Assembly: GCF_001194135.2 (NCBI RefSeq)
Contig: NC_068998.1
Location: forward strand, 46,816,819-46,850,496
From: Octopus bimaculoides
Lineage: Eukaryota
Direction: 5' to 3'
DNA length: 33,678 nucleotides
How positions within the stretch are numbered: the first letter of the stretch is position 1; each line of letters begins with the position of its first letter. The notes beneath the pieces are model-generated. The model saw nothing but the letters and a program-made list of their open reading frames with translations, made no database searches and was not told where the DNA came from. Position numbers and translations under genes: made by a program. This document shows, piece by piece, positions 12,055-23,594 of the stretch.

Positions 12055-12479
12055 GCACGTATAAGTATGTGAAAACGATAAGAAAGTTCCCAAATGCAGG
12101 TATTTCACCTGATGGCAGTCCCTCCAGGTGGCAGGTTTGGGCTGTAGGAGATCTTTCAATCCTGTTGCACTGTAAGAAAATAATATTATGAAATACATAC
12201 ATACATATTCATTTATAAATAATACAAATTTATTTATTTATACACACACATTTATATGGACATATATAAATATATATGTATGCATGTGTAAATATATATA
12301 TATATATATATATANNNNNNNNNNNNNNNNNNNNNNNNNNNNNNNNNNNNNNNNNNNNNNNNNNNNNNNNNNNNNNNNNNNNNNNNNNNNNNNNNNNNNN
12401 NNNNNNNTATATATATCATATATCATATATCTCCAGATTGGCATGAACATGTACATCATCAAAGGGCTCCAGAGGAATA

Positions 12480-13300
12480 CTGTCTGAGCAAAAGTAATGA
12501 AGGAGAACCCTAAAATGTTTGTATTAATATGTCAACAAGCATAGGACCGTTGTCTCATCCAGTGGTCCACTGATAGTTGATAACAGCATTCTGCACCATG
12601 ACGCTAAAGAAATGATACAAGTCCTGCAGGAACAATATTGCTGTGTCTTCAGTGATCCCACTGATATTGGCGCAAGGGATCTGAACGAACTCAAATACCA
12701 ACACATTATCACTGACATAACTTTTAGTGCCTCACACATCATAGCTGCAATAAATGAAATCAAATATTATTTCGCAGTAGGCCCTGATAGATACCCTATT
12801 AGCGTCCCGAAGGAATGTAGACACCATCTTTTACACTTAATACTAAAATATTGACAGTGTACAAGTGACTGGCAGCATAATTCTTGATATTCAGTACAAG
12901 AAAACTAGAAACCATGCTGGTTCTTGTTGAAGACTTTTGTTCTCAAGTGCCTAGATTGTAGCCTCCAGTTATTGTTTCCTCGTAATGGCTTGCACCTGTG
13001 GAATTGTATGCAACACAACTGTTCTATGCGAAGAATTTTGCACTCATACACCACCTGAGCAACTGGGATGGTTTGATAATTTTAAAACACGACTACGTTG
13101 AATAAAAAAACAAGAAGTATGATGTAATCTGATCCTGAAAGTGTCTGTAAGGCCTGGCGCCAAGAATTAGTTTCCAAAGTTCTGTAAGTTCCAAAAATTG
13201 TTAAGTCGGCTTAATGCAAATAATTCCTTCATATACTTCCAGTGTTAAACCGATGTATTGAAATCGAGTAGATTCTAAAGAACTGAATCTCTTTAATATC
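12480..13300 (+). mobile_element. CR1-like LINE ORF2 relic, internally deleted
   Basis: KENPKMF..GPL..EMIQVLQEQYCCVFSD..ITDITF..IAAINEIK..AVGPDRYP..KEC (EN-RT linker and RT start, ORF 12612-12854). This is followed almost directly by C-terminal motifs resembling ML.LWKTFVLS.LDCS, HLSNWD.L and GLAP. Confidence 0.75.
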
Positions 13301-13736
13301 CCAAGAAAACAAAGAGTCTGTATGTGTGTGCGGGAGATATTTAAATACTTGGACATTCTATTGGTGTAGATAATCTCGGGCCACCTTAGATTACAGCAAA
13401 TGAACTATATGAAGGCCGTGATAACAAATTGTTTCATCCACCAAATATCAAATTACAAATCGGTGAGTCAACGTAGCTTCGACCTGGTTGCTTAAACCAG
13501 TAAGAGTGAGGGCGTACACACACACATACATGCACGCACACACACACGCACCACATGCACGCACGTACGCACACTCACGCGCACGCACGTACACATACAC
13601 ACGCATAAACACGCATACAGATATACACTATATATATATATGTACATATGTGCATATGCATATAAAGGCTATGTTTGTGTTTCATGCATATAAATGCATG
13701 TATACATATGTGTGTGCGTGCATGCGTGTGTACGTT

Positions 13737-13786
<50 letters not shown>

Positions 13787-13804
13787 AACGTGCAACCGGC
13801 AGAG

Positions 13805-13865
13805 TCAGTGGATATTCGCCACTGATGACGCTCAACAATGCAGAAATCCGCGATAATGCCACTGG
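13805..13865 (+). ncRNA. Hammerhead-like core next to (TA)n
   Basis: CTGATGA (13822-28), CGC-TCAACAAT-GCA, GAAA (13843-46), TC-CGC-GA minimal stem III, ATA triplet (13853-55). Stem I is displaced. Confidence 0.45.
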
Positions 13866-14302
13866 TGATGTTGGGGAACTTTCGCTTGTTGCTGATGTAT
13901 TTCTGTGTTTTGAAATACTATACGGCTATGTGAGAGATACTTTCCCAAGAAGCCTACTGCAGTTTAGAAGGCTTTCAACCATGTATATACTTTAAGTATT
14001 CAGATCACTAATTTAAACACGAATAATAGTTCAATTTATCATAGAGAGGAAAAAAATCACATATATTTAGGTTTGAATGGAATTAGAGGAAACGTTGTTA
14101 TTGAACAAAGAATTTAGTTTTTATGATTATGAGGAAGTAAAATAGACAGGAAAAACTCGTAATGGAAATCGAAAAGATGGAAGCATAATGAATAGAAATG
14201 GTGTATTGTAGAGCAAATTATGGGAAAATATGAAATAATACATATATATATGAGTATATGTATATATTTATATATATGTATGCATATATAGTTATACAGA
14301 CG

Positions 14303-14334
<32 letters not shown>

Positions 14335-14339
14335 AATAC

Positions 14340-14351
14340 TTGCATATTCTT

Positions 14352-14400
<49 letters not shown>

Positions 14401-14467
14401 ATATCTATATATATGCATACATACATATATGTATATTTATACATATACATACTTATATGTATATGTA

Positions 14468-14503
<36 letters not shown>

Positions 14504-14529
14504 TGTATGTATGTATGTATGTATGTATG

Positions 14530-14577
<48 letters not shown>

Positions 14578-14644
14578 GATATAAGTATACCTACATATAT
14601 ACATGCGTACATATATATGTGTATGTATAATATAATATAATATG

Positions 14645-14682
<38 letters not shown>
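14340..14682. repeat. (TCTA)n/(TATG)n/(TA)n microsatellite block
   Basis: Directly visible. Confidence 0.95.
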
Positions 14683-14685
<3 letters not shown>

Positions 14686-14943
14686 AAGTTATTGTTAATT
14701 TCAAAGTAGAAGAGATTTGCGATCTAATGAAGCCCAAGTTATGCATATGTGGTTACATACGTGTATTTACCAATTTAGCAAATAGACAGGTTGGTTGAAG
14801 CAAATATCTGTATTGTATACAGTGTTACGAAGTTGAAATCTCACCTAACAATTATTTGCCAAAGTTCCTCTATAATAACATACTACTACAACATTTACAC
14901 TATTATTTTCATATCAGCATCGAACTTATTTAGCTTAAGGAAC

Positions 14944-14945
<2 letters not shown>

Positions 14946-15011
<66 letters not shown>

Positions 15012-15055
15012 GATAGATAGATAGATAGATAGATAGCTAGCTAGCTAGCTAGCTT
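14946..15055. repeat. (TATC)n abutting (GATA)n then (CTAG)n, forming a palindrome
   Basis: Centre ...CTATCT|AGATAG... at 15010/15011. The right arm is 26 nt. Confidence 0.95.
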
Positions 15056-15165
15056 TTTCTCTTTCTCCTTCTCTCTCTCCTTCTCTCACTCTCCTTCTCT
15101 CACTCTCCTTCTCTCTCCTCTCTCTCTCTCTATCTCTCTCTCTATATATATATGTATGTATGTAT

Positions 15166-15330
15166 GCATGTGTAGCTGTTTGGTAAGAAACTTGCTTCGC
15201 AACCACATGGTTCTGGGTTCTGTTCCACTGTGTGGTACCTTGGGCAAGTGTCTTCTACTATAGTCTGGGACCGACCAAAGCCTTGTGAGTGGATTTGGTA
15301 GACAGAAACTGAAAGAAGCCTGTCGCATAT
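15166..15330 (+). mobile_element. SINE family A, short form
   Basis: GTAGCTGTTTGGTAAG..GGGTTCTGTTCCA..ACCTTGGGCAAGTGTCTTCTACTATAG..CCGACCAAAGCCTTGTGAGTGGATTTGGTAGACAGAAACTGAAAGAAGCCTGTCG followed by TA. Confidence 0.9.
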
Positions 15331-15911
15331 ATATTTATTTGTAACAGATTTACTCTCATTAACTTTTTGTTATTTTTAGGTACAAACAAAATTCAATTTG
15401 AATCAAAATATTTCAGCTCTTGTAAAAGAAAAGTTTAGAATAGTTTTGTTCAAATGAAAGAGCTCTCTGAAAAGAATTTTATGGGGTAAACCTCGTCAAA
15501 AAATATTAGCTACAAAAATGTTTTATGGCTTTCAGTGACAGAAGATAGGGGATAATTTCAACAAATCAAAATATTTTTGTTACCTTAAGAGGAAAATAAT
15601 ATTATTTGCTTTAAAATGAAAGAGTTCATCGAAACGGATATTTTATCATAAATCTCATCTAAAAATTTAAAGCAAAATATATAGTTATGGTTGTTTTTAT
15701 CTCATATTAATGTTTGTTATTATGTTTATGTATTAAAATATATACATATTAAAAACATATTAAAACTTTAAAAATCACTGATTAAAAAAATAATTATTTA
15801 TAATTTGGTTATAATATATAATTTTATATTAAAAATTGCTTAAATATATATTTATTTGTAACCGATTTACTCTCATTAACCTTTTTGTTATTTTTAGGTA
15901 CAAACAAAATT
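15328..15911. repeat. Two near-identical about 66-bp direct repeats bracketing an AT-rich segment
   Basis: TATATATTTATTTGTAAC.GATTTACTCTCATTAAC..TTTTGTTATTTTTAGGTACAAACAAAATT at 15328-15393 and 15846-15911. Confidence 0.8.
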
Positions 15912-15916
15912 TCTAA

Positions 15917-16084
15917 TGTGTCTGGGGAGAGTCATTCTCTTTCGCTCCCTTATAATTTAACACACTCACCGGTAAAATTTCCACTTATTTCTTTTTTATT
16001 TTCCTAAAATTTTCGTTGCGTCTTGCAATCTTTTCAATAGTCAAATTATAAGGCACCAAAAGAGAATGACTCTCCCCATACACA
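15917..16084. mobile_element. MITE, 168 bp, 26-bp TIRs
   Basis: TGTGTCTGGGGAGAGTCATTCTCTTT (15917-42) versus AAAGAGAATGACTCTCCCCATACACA (16059-84), one mismatch. A subterminal inverted match CCTTATAATTT/AAATTATAAGG extends the pairing to about 44 bp. Confidence 0.8.
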
Positions 16085-17090
16085 ACAGAATATGCTTCAA
16101 CACATGAACTCACGTAAAGAATCTTGCAAACCAAATCCAAAAACGAAACAAAATTTCTAAGTTTGATCAAAATCTAAATCTATTTAAAAAATATTTACAA
16201 TGGTATCATGTTTTGCAGTTAAATATATAAAGAGGACAAGACCGTTGTTTAAAATAACGATCATATCAAGTGGCCAGCATGGAAAAAAAACCGTATAGGT
16301 AATAATTACTAGAGATATATAATTATATAAATATAATTATAATTAAGGGTACTGGAGAGGTACCGCCATGCTAGATATAGAAGTCAAAACTGACTCTAAA
16401 ACCACATCATTTATTCATATAGCACAGATGAAAAGATGAATGAACAAAGAAATTAGCAAAAAAATAATGGTTACTCCTAGATCGGTTGTTAGACTTTAGA
16501 CATCTTGGCAGTAAGACATGAAACGACGTGTATATTAATATGAATTACAAACAGGCTGGAAAAAGGATAAGCATGGTATTTCGACGGCTGTGACCATTGA
16601 AGGAACAACCATGTTTCTATTAGAATCAAAAGTAACGTCAGTAGGTGAGTCGTTGTAGGAGTTCTTCTGAATGGTGCCAGAATGTGACCATTTTTCAGGG
16701 TTGATGTGAATGAAGTTAAATGTTCATTAAAGGGACACCTACAATCGTTAATAATATATCTCCTTTGGGAAGGAGAATGGTGTTATAGTTTGAAATACTT
16801 GGCTGCATTTTCAAGTATGGAAGACCATCTCGTCAGAAAAAAATATCTTAAATTGAATATCATCTAAATATTATCCAGGATCCTGATCCTAAAAAATGCG
16901 ATTAGCAAAGAAAACACGGCTGACCTGTTTTCTCTATAAGGGTCCCACAAAGAGAAGAAATAAAAATAAACGAGGTATAATCTAAATATCATGGACATCC
17001 AGGACCTTCGGATGCCTGTAGGTGGGGTGATGTCTAAATAACTATGGAAGAAGTAATGATCACTAGTGGTGGGCATCAACTGTGAGTCAA

Positions 17091-17151
<61 letters not shown>

Positions 17152-17657
17152 CAATAATATACTTATATATATATATGAGTGCGTGCGCGTACGTGTGCAT
17201 ATATACACATTCGTATAATATTACACACATATGTGTTTAACGATAGATATATTTAACAGTATATGTATATATATATATATCTATATCTATCTATCTATCT
17301 ATCTATATATATATATATATATATATANNNNNNNNNNNNNNNNNNNNNNNNNNNNNNNNNNNNNNNNNNNNNNNNNNNNNNNNNNNNNNNNNNNNNNNNN
17401 NNNNNNNNNNNNNNNNNNNNNNNNNNNNNNNNNNNNNNNNNNNNNNNNNNNNNNNNNNNNNNNNNNNNNNNNNNNNNNNNNNNNNNNNNNNNNNNNNNNN
17501 NNNNNNNNNNNNNNNNNNNNNNNNNNNNNNNNNNNNNNNNNNNNNNNNNNNNNNNNNNNNNNNNNNNNNNNNTATACTATTTTTTATATAATATATACTT
17601 ACATATATAAAATATATATACACATGTATACACACGTCTATATACAGTTATAGATAC

Positions 17658-17688
<31 letters not shown>

Positions 17689-17731
17689 GCACATATATAT
17701 ATATATACACACACACGCACACACACATACG

Positions 17732-17789
<58 letters not shown>

Positions 17790-17903
17790 TATATATACAT
17801 ATTAATATCAACATCTTAAAAAGTCATCGACGGTGGGATTGTGCTGTGTAATGAGGTGTGGTGCGTGTGTTGATGGGATGGCTATCATCTGTCATGATGA
17901 AGC

Positions 17904-17941
<38 letters not shown>

Positions 17942-18161
17942 TATATATATGAATATGTGCGAGGATGTATATTCATATGTATATATGTATATAAACACAC
18001 ACACACAAGTGCGCGCACCTCCCCGCACACACTCCCTAATATTCATGCATTCGTTATTCAGTGGTTATATTCAATTAATATTGAAATACAAAAATAACTC
18101 TTACAAACATATATCATAATATAATATATAATATTATATATTATGATATAATTTAACATAA

Positions 18162-18220
<59 letters not shown>

Positions 18221-18574
18221 CAGGCGCACACAGAAACAACCCACTCCCTACAAAGCAGTCGTTCATAATCTGATAGTCTGTCCTATTTCTAAGACACAGT
18301 CTTATGATATATGATACCCCGCATCTCAGTTCAGTCAGCACCAGCAATGAAAGGGTATTTGCATTCGTTTGTTGCGTTGGTAAATAGCTTAGAGACAGGT
18401 GATGTCATTATATCAGAGGTCTATATCGAGATGGCGGGGGGAAGTGACCTCGTAGACAGTGGGTGGGAAATTCACGTGAGGGGTGGATGAGAGCGGTGGA
18501 TTGGCAGAAAGCAGTGGATTATTGGCGGGATTGGTAGAACGAACAAATTGCCTCGATGTATTTAGTTGAGTTAT

Positions 18575-18645
18575 TTTTACTTTCCAAGTTCAAATCCCAC
18601 AGAAGCGACCTTTACGTTTTATCTATCCTCGGTCGAAAATCAGTG
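18575..18645 (+). mobile_element. SINE family B fragment
   Basis: AAGTTCAAATCCCACAGAAGCGACCTTTACGTTTTATCTATCCTCGGTCGAAAA resembles the family B B-box and core. Confidence 0.55.
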
Positions 18646-18690
18646 GAATATTGAGGGATTATTTAGTAGTTACGGCATTACCATTCCTGA

Positions 18691-18911
18691 TAAAAGTGGG
18701 GTGCTGAAAAGTCCCCGGCTCAGGGTAAAAGAAAATACAGGAAGATCGGTTAATTATGATTTTATTCAACATATTTCCCCCTTAAATTCATACATATATT
18801 GCAGCGGTCCATCAGTTTTTCTAAGCCTTGTAAAAGAACTCGGAAGGTATGGCCTCCTACCAGGCCTTTCACGACACCATTAAAGCCAACCACTTTTAAG
18901 CATCCCCTCAT
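18691..18911. mobile_element. Mariner-derived MITE (copy 1)
   Basis: Left end GGGGTGCTGAAAAGTCCCCGGCT, right end AAAGCCAACCACTTTTAAGCATCCCCTC (degenerate TIRs). Homologous along its length to 19313-19518. Confidence 0.75.
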
Positions 18912-19218
18912 TTATATATATATATATATATATNNNNNNNNNNNNNNNNNNNNNNNNNNNNNNNNNNNNNNNNNNNNNNNNNNNNNNNNNNNNNNNNNNN
19001 NNNNNNNNNNNNNNNNNNNNNNNNNNNNNNNNNNNNNNNNNNNNNNNNNNNNNNNNNNNNNNNNNNNNNNNNNNNNNNNNNNNNNNNNNNNNNNNNNNNN
19101 NNNNNNNNNNNNNNNNNNNNNNNNNNNNNNNNNNNNNNNNNNNNNNNNNNNNNNNNNNNNNNNNNNNNNNNNNNNNNNNNNNNNNNNNNNNNNNNNNNNN
19201 NNNNNNNNNNNNNNNNNN

Positions 19219-19250
<32 letters not shown>

Positions 19251-19312
19251 TACACATATACATACACGCATACACACACACACACACACATATGTATGTA
19301 TGTATGTATGTA

Positions 19313-19518
19313 TACTAGGGGGTTGCTGAAAGATCCTGGCTTAGGGTAAAAGCAAATACAGGAGGATCGGTCAGTTATGTTTTTATCCAACATATTCCCT
19401 TCTCATATTCACTCATTTATTGCAGTGGACCTTCAGCTTCTCTAAACCATGTAAAACAACTCCAAGCTGGCCTTTGGCGATACTATTAATGCCAGGAACT
19501 TTTCAGAACCCTATCGTA
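19313..19518. mobile_element. Mariner-derived MITE (copy 2)
   Basis: TACTAGGGGGTTGCTGAAAGATCCTGGCTT ... ATGCCAGGAACTTTTCAGAACCCTATCGTA. TA-bounded with mariner-type TACGAGGG-like termini. Confidence 0.8.
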
Positions 19519-20083
19519 TCTGGTCTTACGTCTACTGCGTTAAGACACCAAAGTAGTTGTTTATTGGTACAGAGAGGAGTGATAGGTAAACTAATACCTT
19601 GTGGTATTTGGTATTTTGTTACAAGTTTGAGTTGAAAAACAACACATTGTCCTTCATCCTTCTAGTATATATATANNNNNNNNNNTGAAGATAGGTATTT
19701 ATACACACCTATTTTCTACGCATCTATCTATCTATCTGTCTGTCTGTCTGTATATGCATGTATATACTACAATAACAAATGAAAACTTACATGCGCATAT
19801 ATGCATGAACGCATGTGTATAGGTGCATGCGTGCACCTGTGCGAGTATAAGGAACAGCAGGAAAAACACTCAATACCGGAATTAGAGTATACATAATTCA
19901 ACGTAGTCAGCTGAAACTCATTAGGTGGAACTGATGAAACAGGTAACATATCGCGTATGAAAAGTAAGTTTTTACTAATTGGTTTCGACTGAACGACTCA
20001 CATGTGTGCCCGTGCGCACACACGCGCATGTAGTTTTGTATATATGTATTAATGTATGTATGTATACACACACGCGCACGCAC

Positions 20084-20115
<32 letters not shown>

Positions 20116-20203
20116 TCATATATATTTATATATATATACAAACATACATTCACATTGAGATAGATATATATTCGGATTTCTAGTTCTCTCTCCCTTTCTC
20201 TCT

Positions 20204-20295
<92 letters not shown>

Positions 20296-20610
20296 TATTA
20301 TATGGCAGCTTTTACGCTAGTATGTTGCTTTTAAGCTACTGACCCCGAATGGGCAGATTTGCAAACAGATCTTTGACTTGTTCTGGAGAATTTGTTGCAA
20401 TTGCTTCCTCCAGAGTCATATTCCAATAATGATCATATTAGTCTCAAAAATATTACATAAAAATTGTTGGATTTCGTAATTAATTTCGTTTATTCCCAAA
20501 ATTCTTTTCCAAGTTGAAAAATTTGTTGTAGAAAAAAAATCGTCACAAAAATCACGTAAAAAATCGCCGAAAACAATCGAAGTTATGAAAATTTACTCAC
20601 GGAGTCTTTC

Positions 20611-20698
20611 AGTCTCCGTCTTTCAGTTTCCTTCTACCAAATCCACTCACAAGGCTTTGGTCGGCCCAAGCTACTTACCACACAGTCACTCCTGCGCC
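20611..20698 (-). mobile_element. SINE family A with internal deletion
   Basis: The 3' part (TTTCAGTTTCC..GGTCGGCCC) is joined directly to the head (AAGCTACTTACCACACAGTCACTCCTGCGCC). The B-box and core are missing. Confidence 0.85.
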
Positions 20699-21002
20699 AA
20701 CGATGAACATTTTTCATTCTACTCCTACACCTACTCTTAATTCCTCAAATCCTGTCTTATCCTTTAGCTCCTTTCTCTGTTAATCTTTTCCCGTCATCTC
20801 ACTCTCGGCTTTGCTTTCTACCTCTCATTCCATTACCCTTTCATTCTTTCTGTTTACACTGTTTCTTCTACCATTTCTTGTTCACGTATGAAACTGACGT
20901 GGCCCTGCGTTCCTTATTCCTTATCAGTTGTAACCTGCTTTTTTCTTTTAGCTTAGAGGACGGGAAACTTTGCTGTCTCTCATTTCTCTCCGTTCAACGT
21001 TT

Positions 21003-21038
21003 CATCTGAAGAAAGACTTGTGTCCGAATCGTTAGATG
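21003..21038 (+). ncRNA. Penelope-type minimal hammerhead-like motif (degenerate)
   Basis: CAT-CTGAAGA-A-AGAC-TTGT-GTCC-GAAT-CG-TT-AGATG. GAAA is mutated to GAAT. Confidence 0.35.
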
Positions 21039-21991
21039 TTCCACTCCTCTCGGCAGCTTCTCTATACTCTGTTTATCGATTTTACTACATAAATCTTGCC
21101 AACGCAGGACAATACAAGGTTCATACATACATGCGTACATACATATATATATACATACATACGTACATACATACACACATTGATACATATATAGAGAGGC
21201 AATTATACATATATATATACATATACATACATTCACATATACATATATAAATGCATATGCACACACACACACAAATTTATATACATATATACACACATCC
21301 GATCATGCAGTCATATTTTCAATTTAATTAAATTCCTCTCAAACATTGTCAATTTATAAAAACGCTATATTCCATTAATAGGTGAAGTGTTGGCTGTAGT
21401 GGTGGTCGTTGTCGTAGTCGTGGTGGTAAGAAGATGGAGGGAGAGGTATAGGGGTGTTGGCGGTAGTTGGAGATGTGTGGCAATAATGTCATAGTAACAA
21501 CGGCGACCGGTGTGCATTCTTGTTAAATTACATATATAAAACTGACAAACGCTAGATTGTTATTCCAAGCAATTTATTATATATATATATATTGATTTCT
21601 GCTTACTAGATTCAATATTTATTGTTGTTGGAGATGAAGATAATTTTTGCCTGAATCGCCACCAACGCATTACTGGTATATATATATTTTTTACATATTT
21701 TATTACTACCTTTGAGGAACGAAGGATAAAAAAAATGCAACGTTAGCTAGGCGTCGATGTGATTTGAATTTAGTATATAGAGGCGTAAACACCCACATAC
21801 ACACACCCACCCACATGCATACACACATGCGCATACACACACACACAGCACATACAGACACACATGTATCTATATATATTTGTACATATGTGTGGATATA
21901 TTTATTTTTATATCTATATATGCATATACACATGTGTGTGTATCTATATATGTATATATGTATACGTATATATACATGTATATATATACAT

Positions 21992-22427
21992 ATCGTAAAA
22001 TATATTTGCCAACTTAATGTTCTATAGAGGACGATGTTACTGTTGTTTTTAGCCCCGGGAAGACATCTCCAGCTGGCCAACGACACACAGTCTGTGTCCG
22101 ACTAGTATTTGTGAGGGAGGTCATTGCTTCCAACTCTAGCCTAACGTGATACACACATACCCGAGTTTCAGGGTAGTTACCCGTCTTCGGTGCGTGTTAA
22201 TCACCAGATAGTGGTGAAGAACTCATTCCACTCGCAAACTCTGCCGCTGGTCTCGTAAAAAGAGAGATGAATTATATTAAATCTCTGAGCAAAACATAAA
22301 CAGTAATAGTACGGAATCGTAAAATATATTTACCAGCTAAATGTGGTGGTCGTATAGAGGACGATGTTACTGTTGTTTTTAGCCTCAGGAAGACATCTCC
22401 TTAGTTGGCAAATATATTTTACGATTC
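21992..22427. mobile_element. Dispersed repeat (family E) with internal direct and inverted duplications
   Basis: Unit X at 21992-22014 and 22316-22338. Unit Y (TATAGAGGACGATGTTACTGTTGTTTTTAGCC..GGAAGACATCTCC) at 22023-22070 and 22353-22400. Inverted X at 22403-22425. Confidence 0.65.
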
Positions 22428-22569
22428 AGACACCCTTACCATTCCATATTAAAGTAACAGAAATATTTCAATTACTAAAGCACCAATTTGATATTGATAG
22501 AGATTGCGGTAATATCACATATTATTATCTTATTGCCAATAACATATTGTTGATTATATCATTGGCAAT

Positions 22570-22896
22570 AAAATCATCATTCCCCCGCCCCTCCACCTCT
22601 TCCTCCTACTCCTCCTCCGCATCATCATCATCGTCATTACCACCACTATCACCACCACTATTATCCTCGTTATCAACATCGTCGTCGTCGTTGTCACCAC
22701 CATCACCACCACCACTTTCAACATCATCACAATCACCATCATCATCATCACCACCACCACCTTCATCATCATCATCACCATCATCTCCACTTTCAACATC
22801 ATCACCATCAACATCATCATCATCACCACCACCATCACCACCACCACCACCATCACCACCACCACCAACAACAACAACAACAGCAACAACATAACC

Positions 22897-22941
<45 letters not shown>

Positions 22942-23068
22942 GTCGTCGTCGTNNNNNNNNNNACCACCGCCACCACCACCACCACCACCAACACCAACAA
23001 CAACAACAACAGCAACAACAACAACAACAACACAACAACAACAACAACAACACAACAACAACACAACC

Positions 23069-23107
<39 letters not shown>

Positions 23108-23120
23108 GTCGTCGTCGTCT
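22570..23120. repeat. Large compound trinucleotide array (CAT/CAC/CGT/AAC)
   Basis: Directly visible. It is the source of the S/P-, D/G- and M/V-rich ORFs. Confidence 0.95.
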
Positions 23121-23590
23121 TCTCGTGTCGCCTGTTCTAAGCAGGTTCAGCACAATACATCACCCGTAATCTCAGTCCTTTTATTTTTTTCTATCCTCCT
23201 TATTATATTCGTTCATTCTCGTTTAATTCCGTCCAGTTCTTGATATTATCCCATTCACACAATTCTTCGTGCCGCCCTTCCACCCGCTTCCTCTTCTTTC
23301 ATTTATTTTATCTTCTGTTAACGATCTCTATCCGCCATACATATTTTCCTAATTAAATGTCCAAAATATTTAGTATTTCTTTTCCTCTTTGATGTTTTTT
23401 TAATGAATTCTTTTATTTTTTCTCTTTTTTAGTTCTTCATCATTTGGTTTTGTGTTCTGTCCATGATAGTCTCAAAAGTCTTTTATACTCCAAAGTATCG
23501 AATTCCATAGATTTCTAATCTGTTTCATAACACTTAATCTGTTTCATCATGCTTAATCTCAGTATGTCAAGTCCGTATATTACACTAGAT
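23107..23590 (-). mobile_element. RTE-clade LINE 3' end relic
   Basis: Minus-strand mosaic: SSVIYGL.., LEYKRLLRLSWTEHKT (cf. YRRLLRISWTEH), KYFGHLIR, EDKINERRGSG, WDNIKNWTEL. A short 3' UTR follows and runs into a (GAC)/(GAT)n tail. Confidence 0.8.
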
Positions 23591-23594
23591 ATTA

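Noticed and set aside
19686-19715. TGAAGA-TAGGT..ACCTA hairpin after a gap as an HHR
   Set aside because: No GAAA follows and the 5' context is hidden by Ns.
22364-23106. Ser/Pro-rich, Asp/Gly-rich and Met/Val-rich ORFs
   Set aside because: Read-through of trinucleotide arrays in several frames and both strands, with no splice or domain support.
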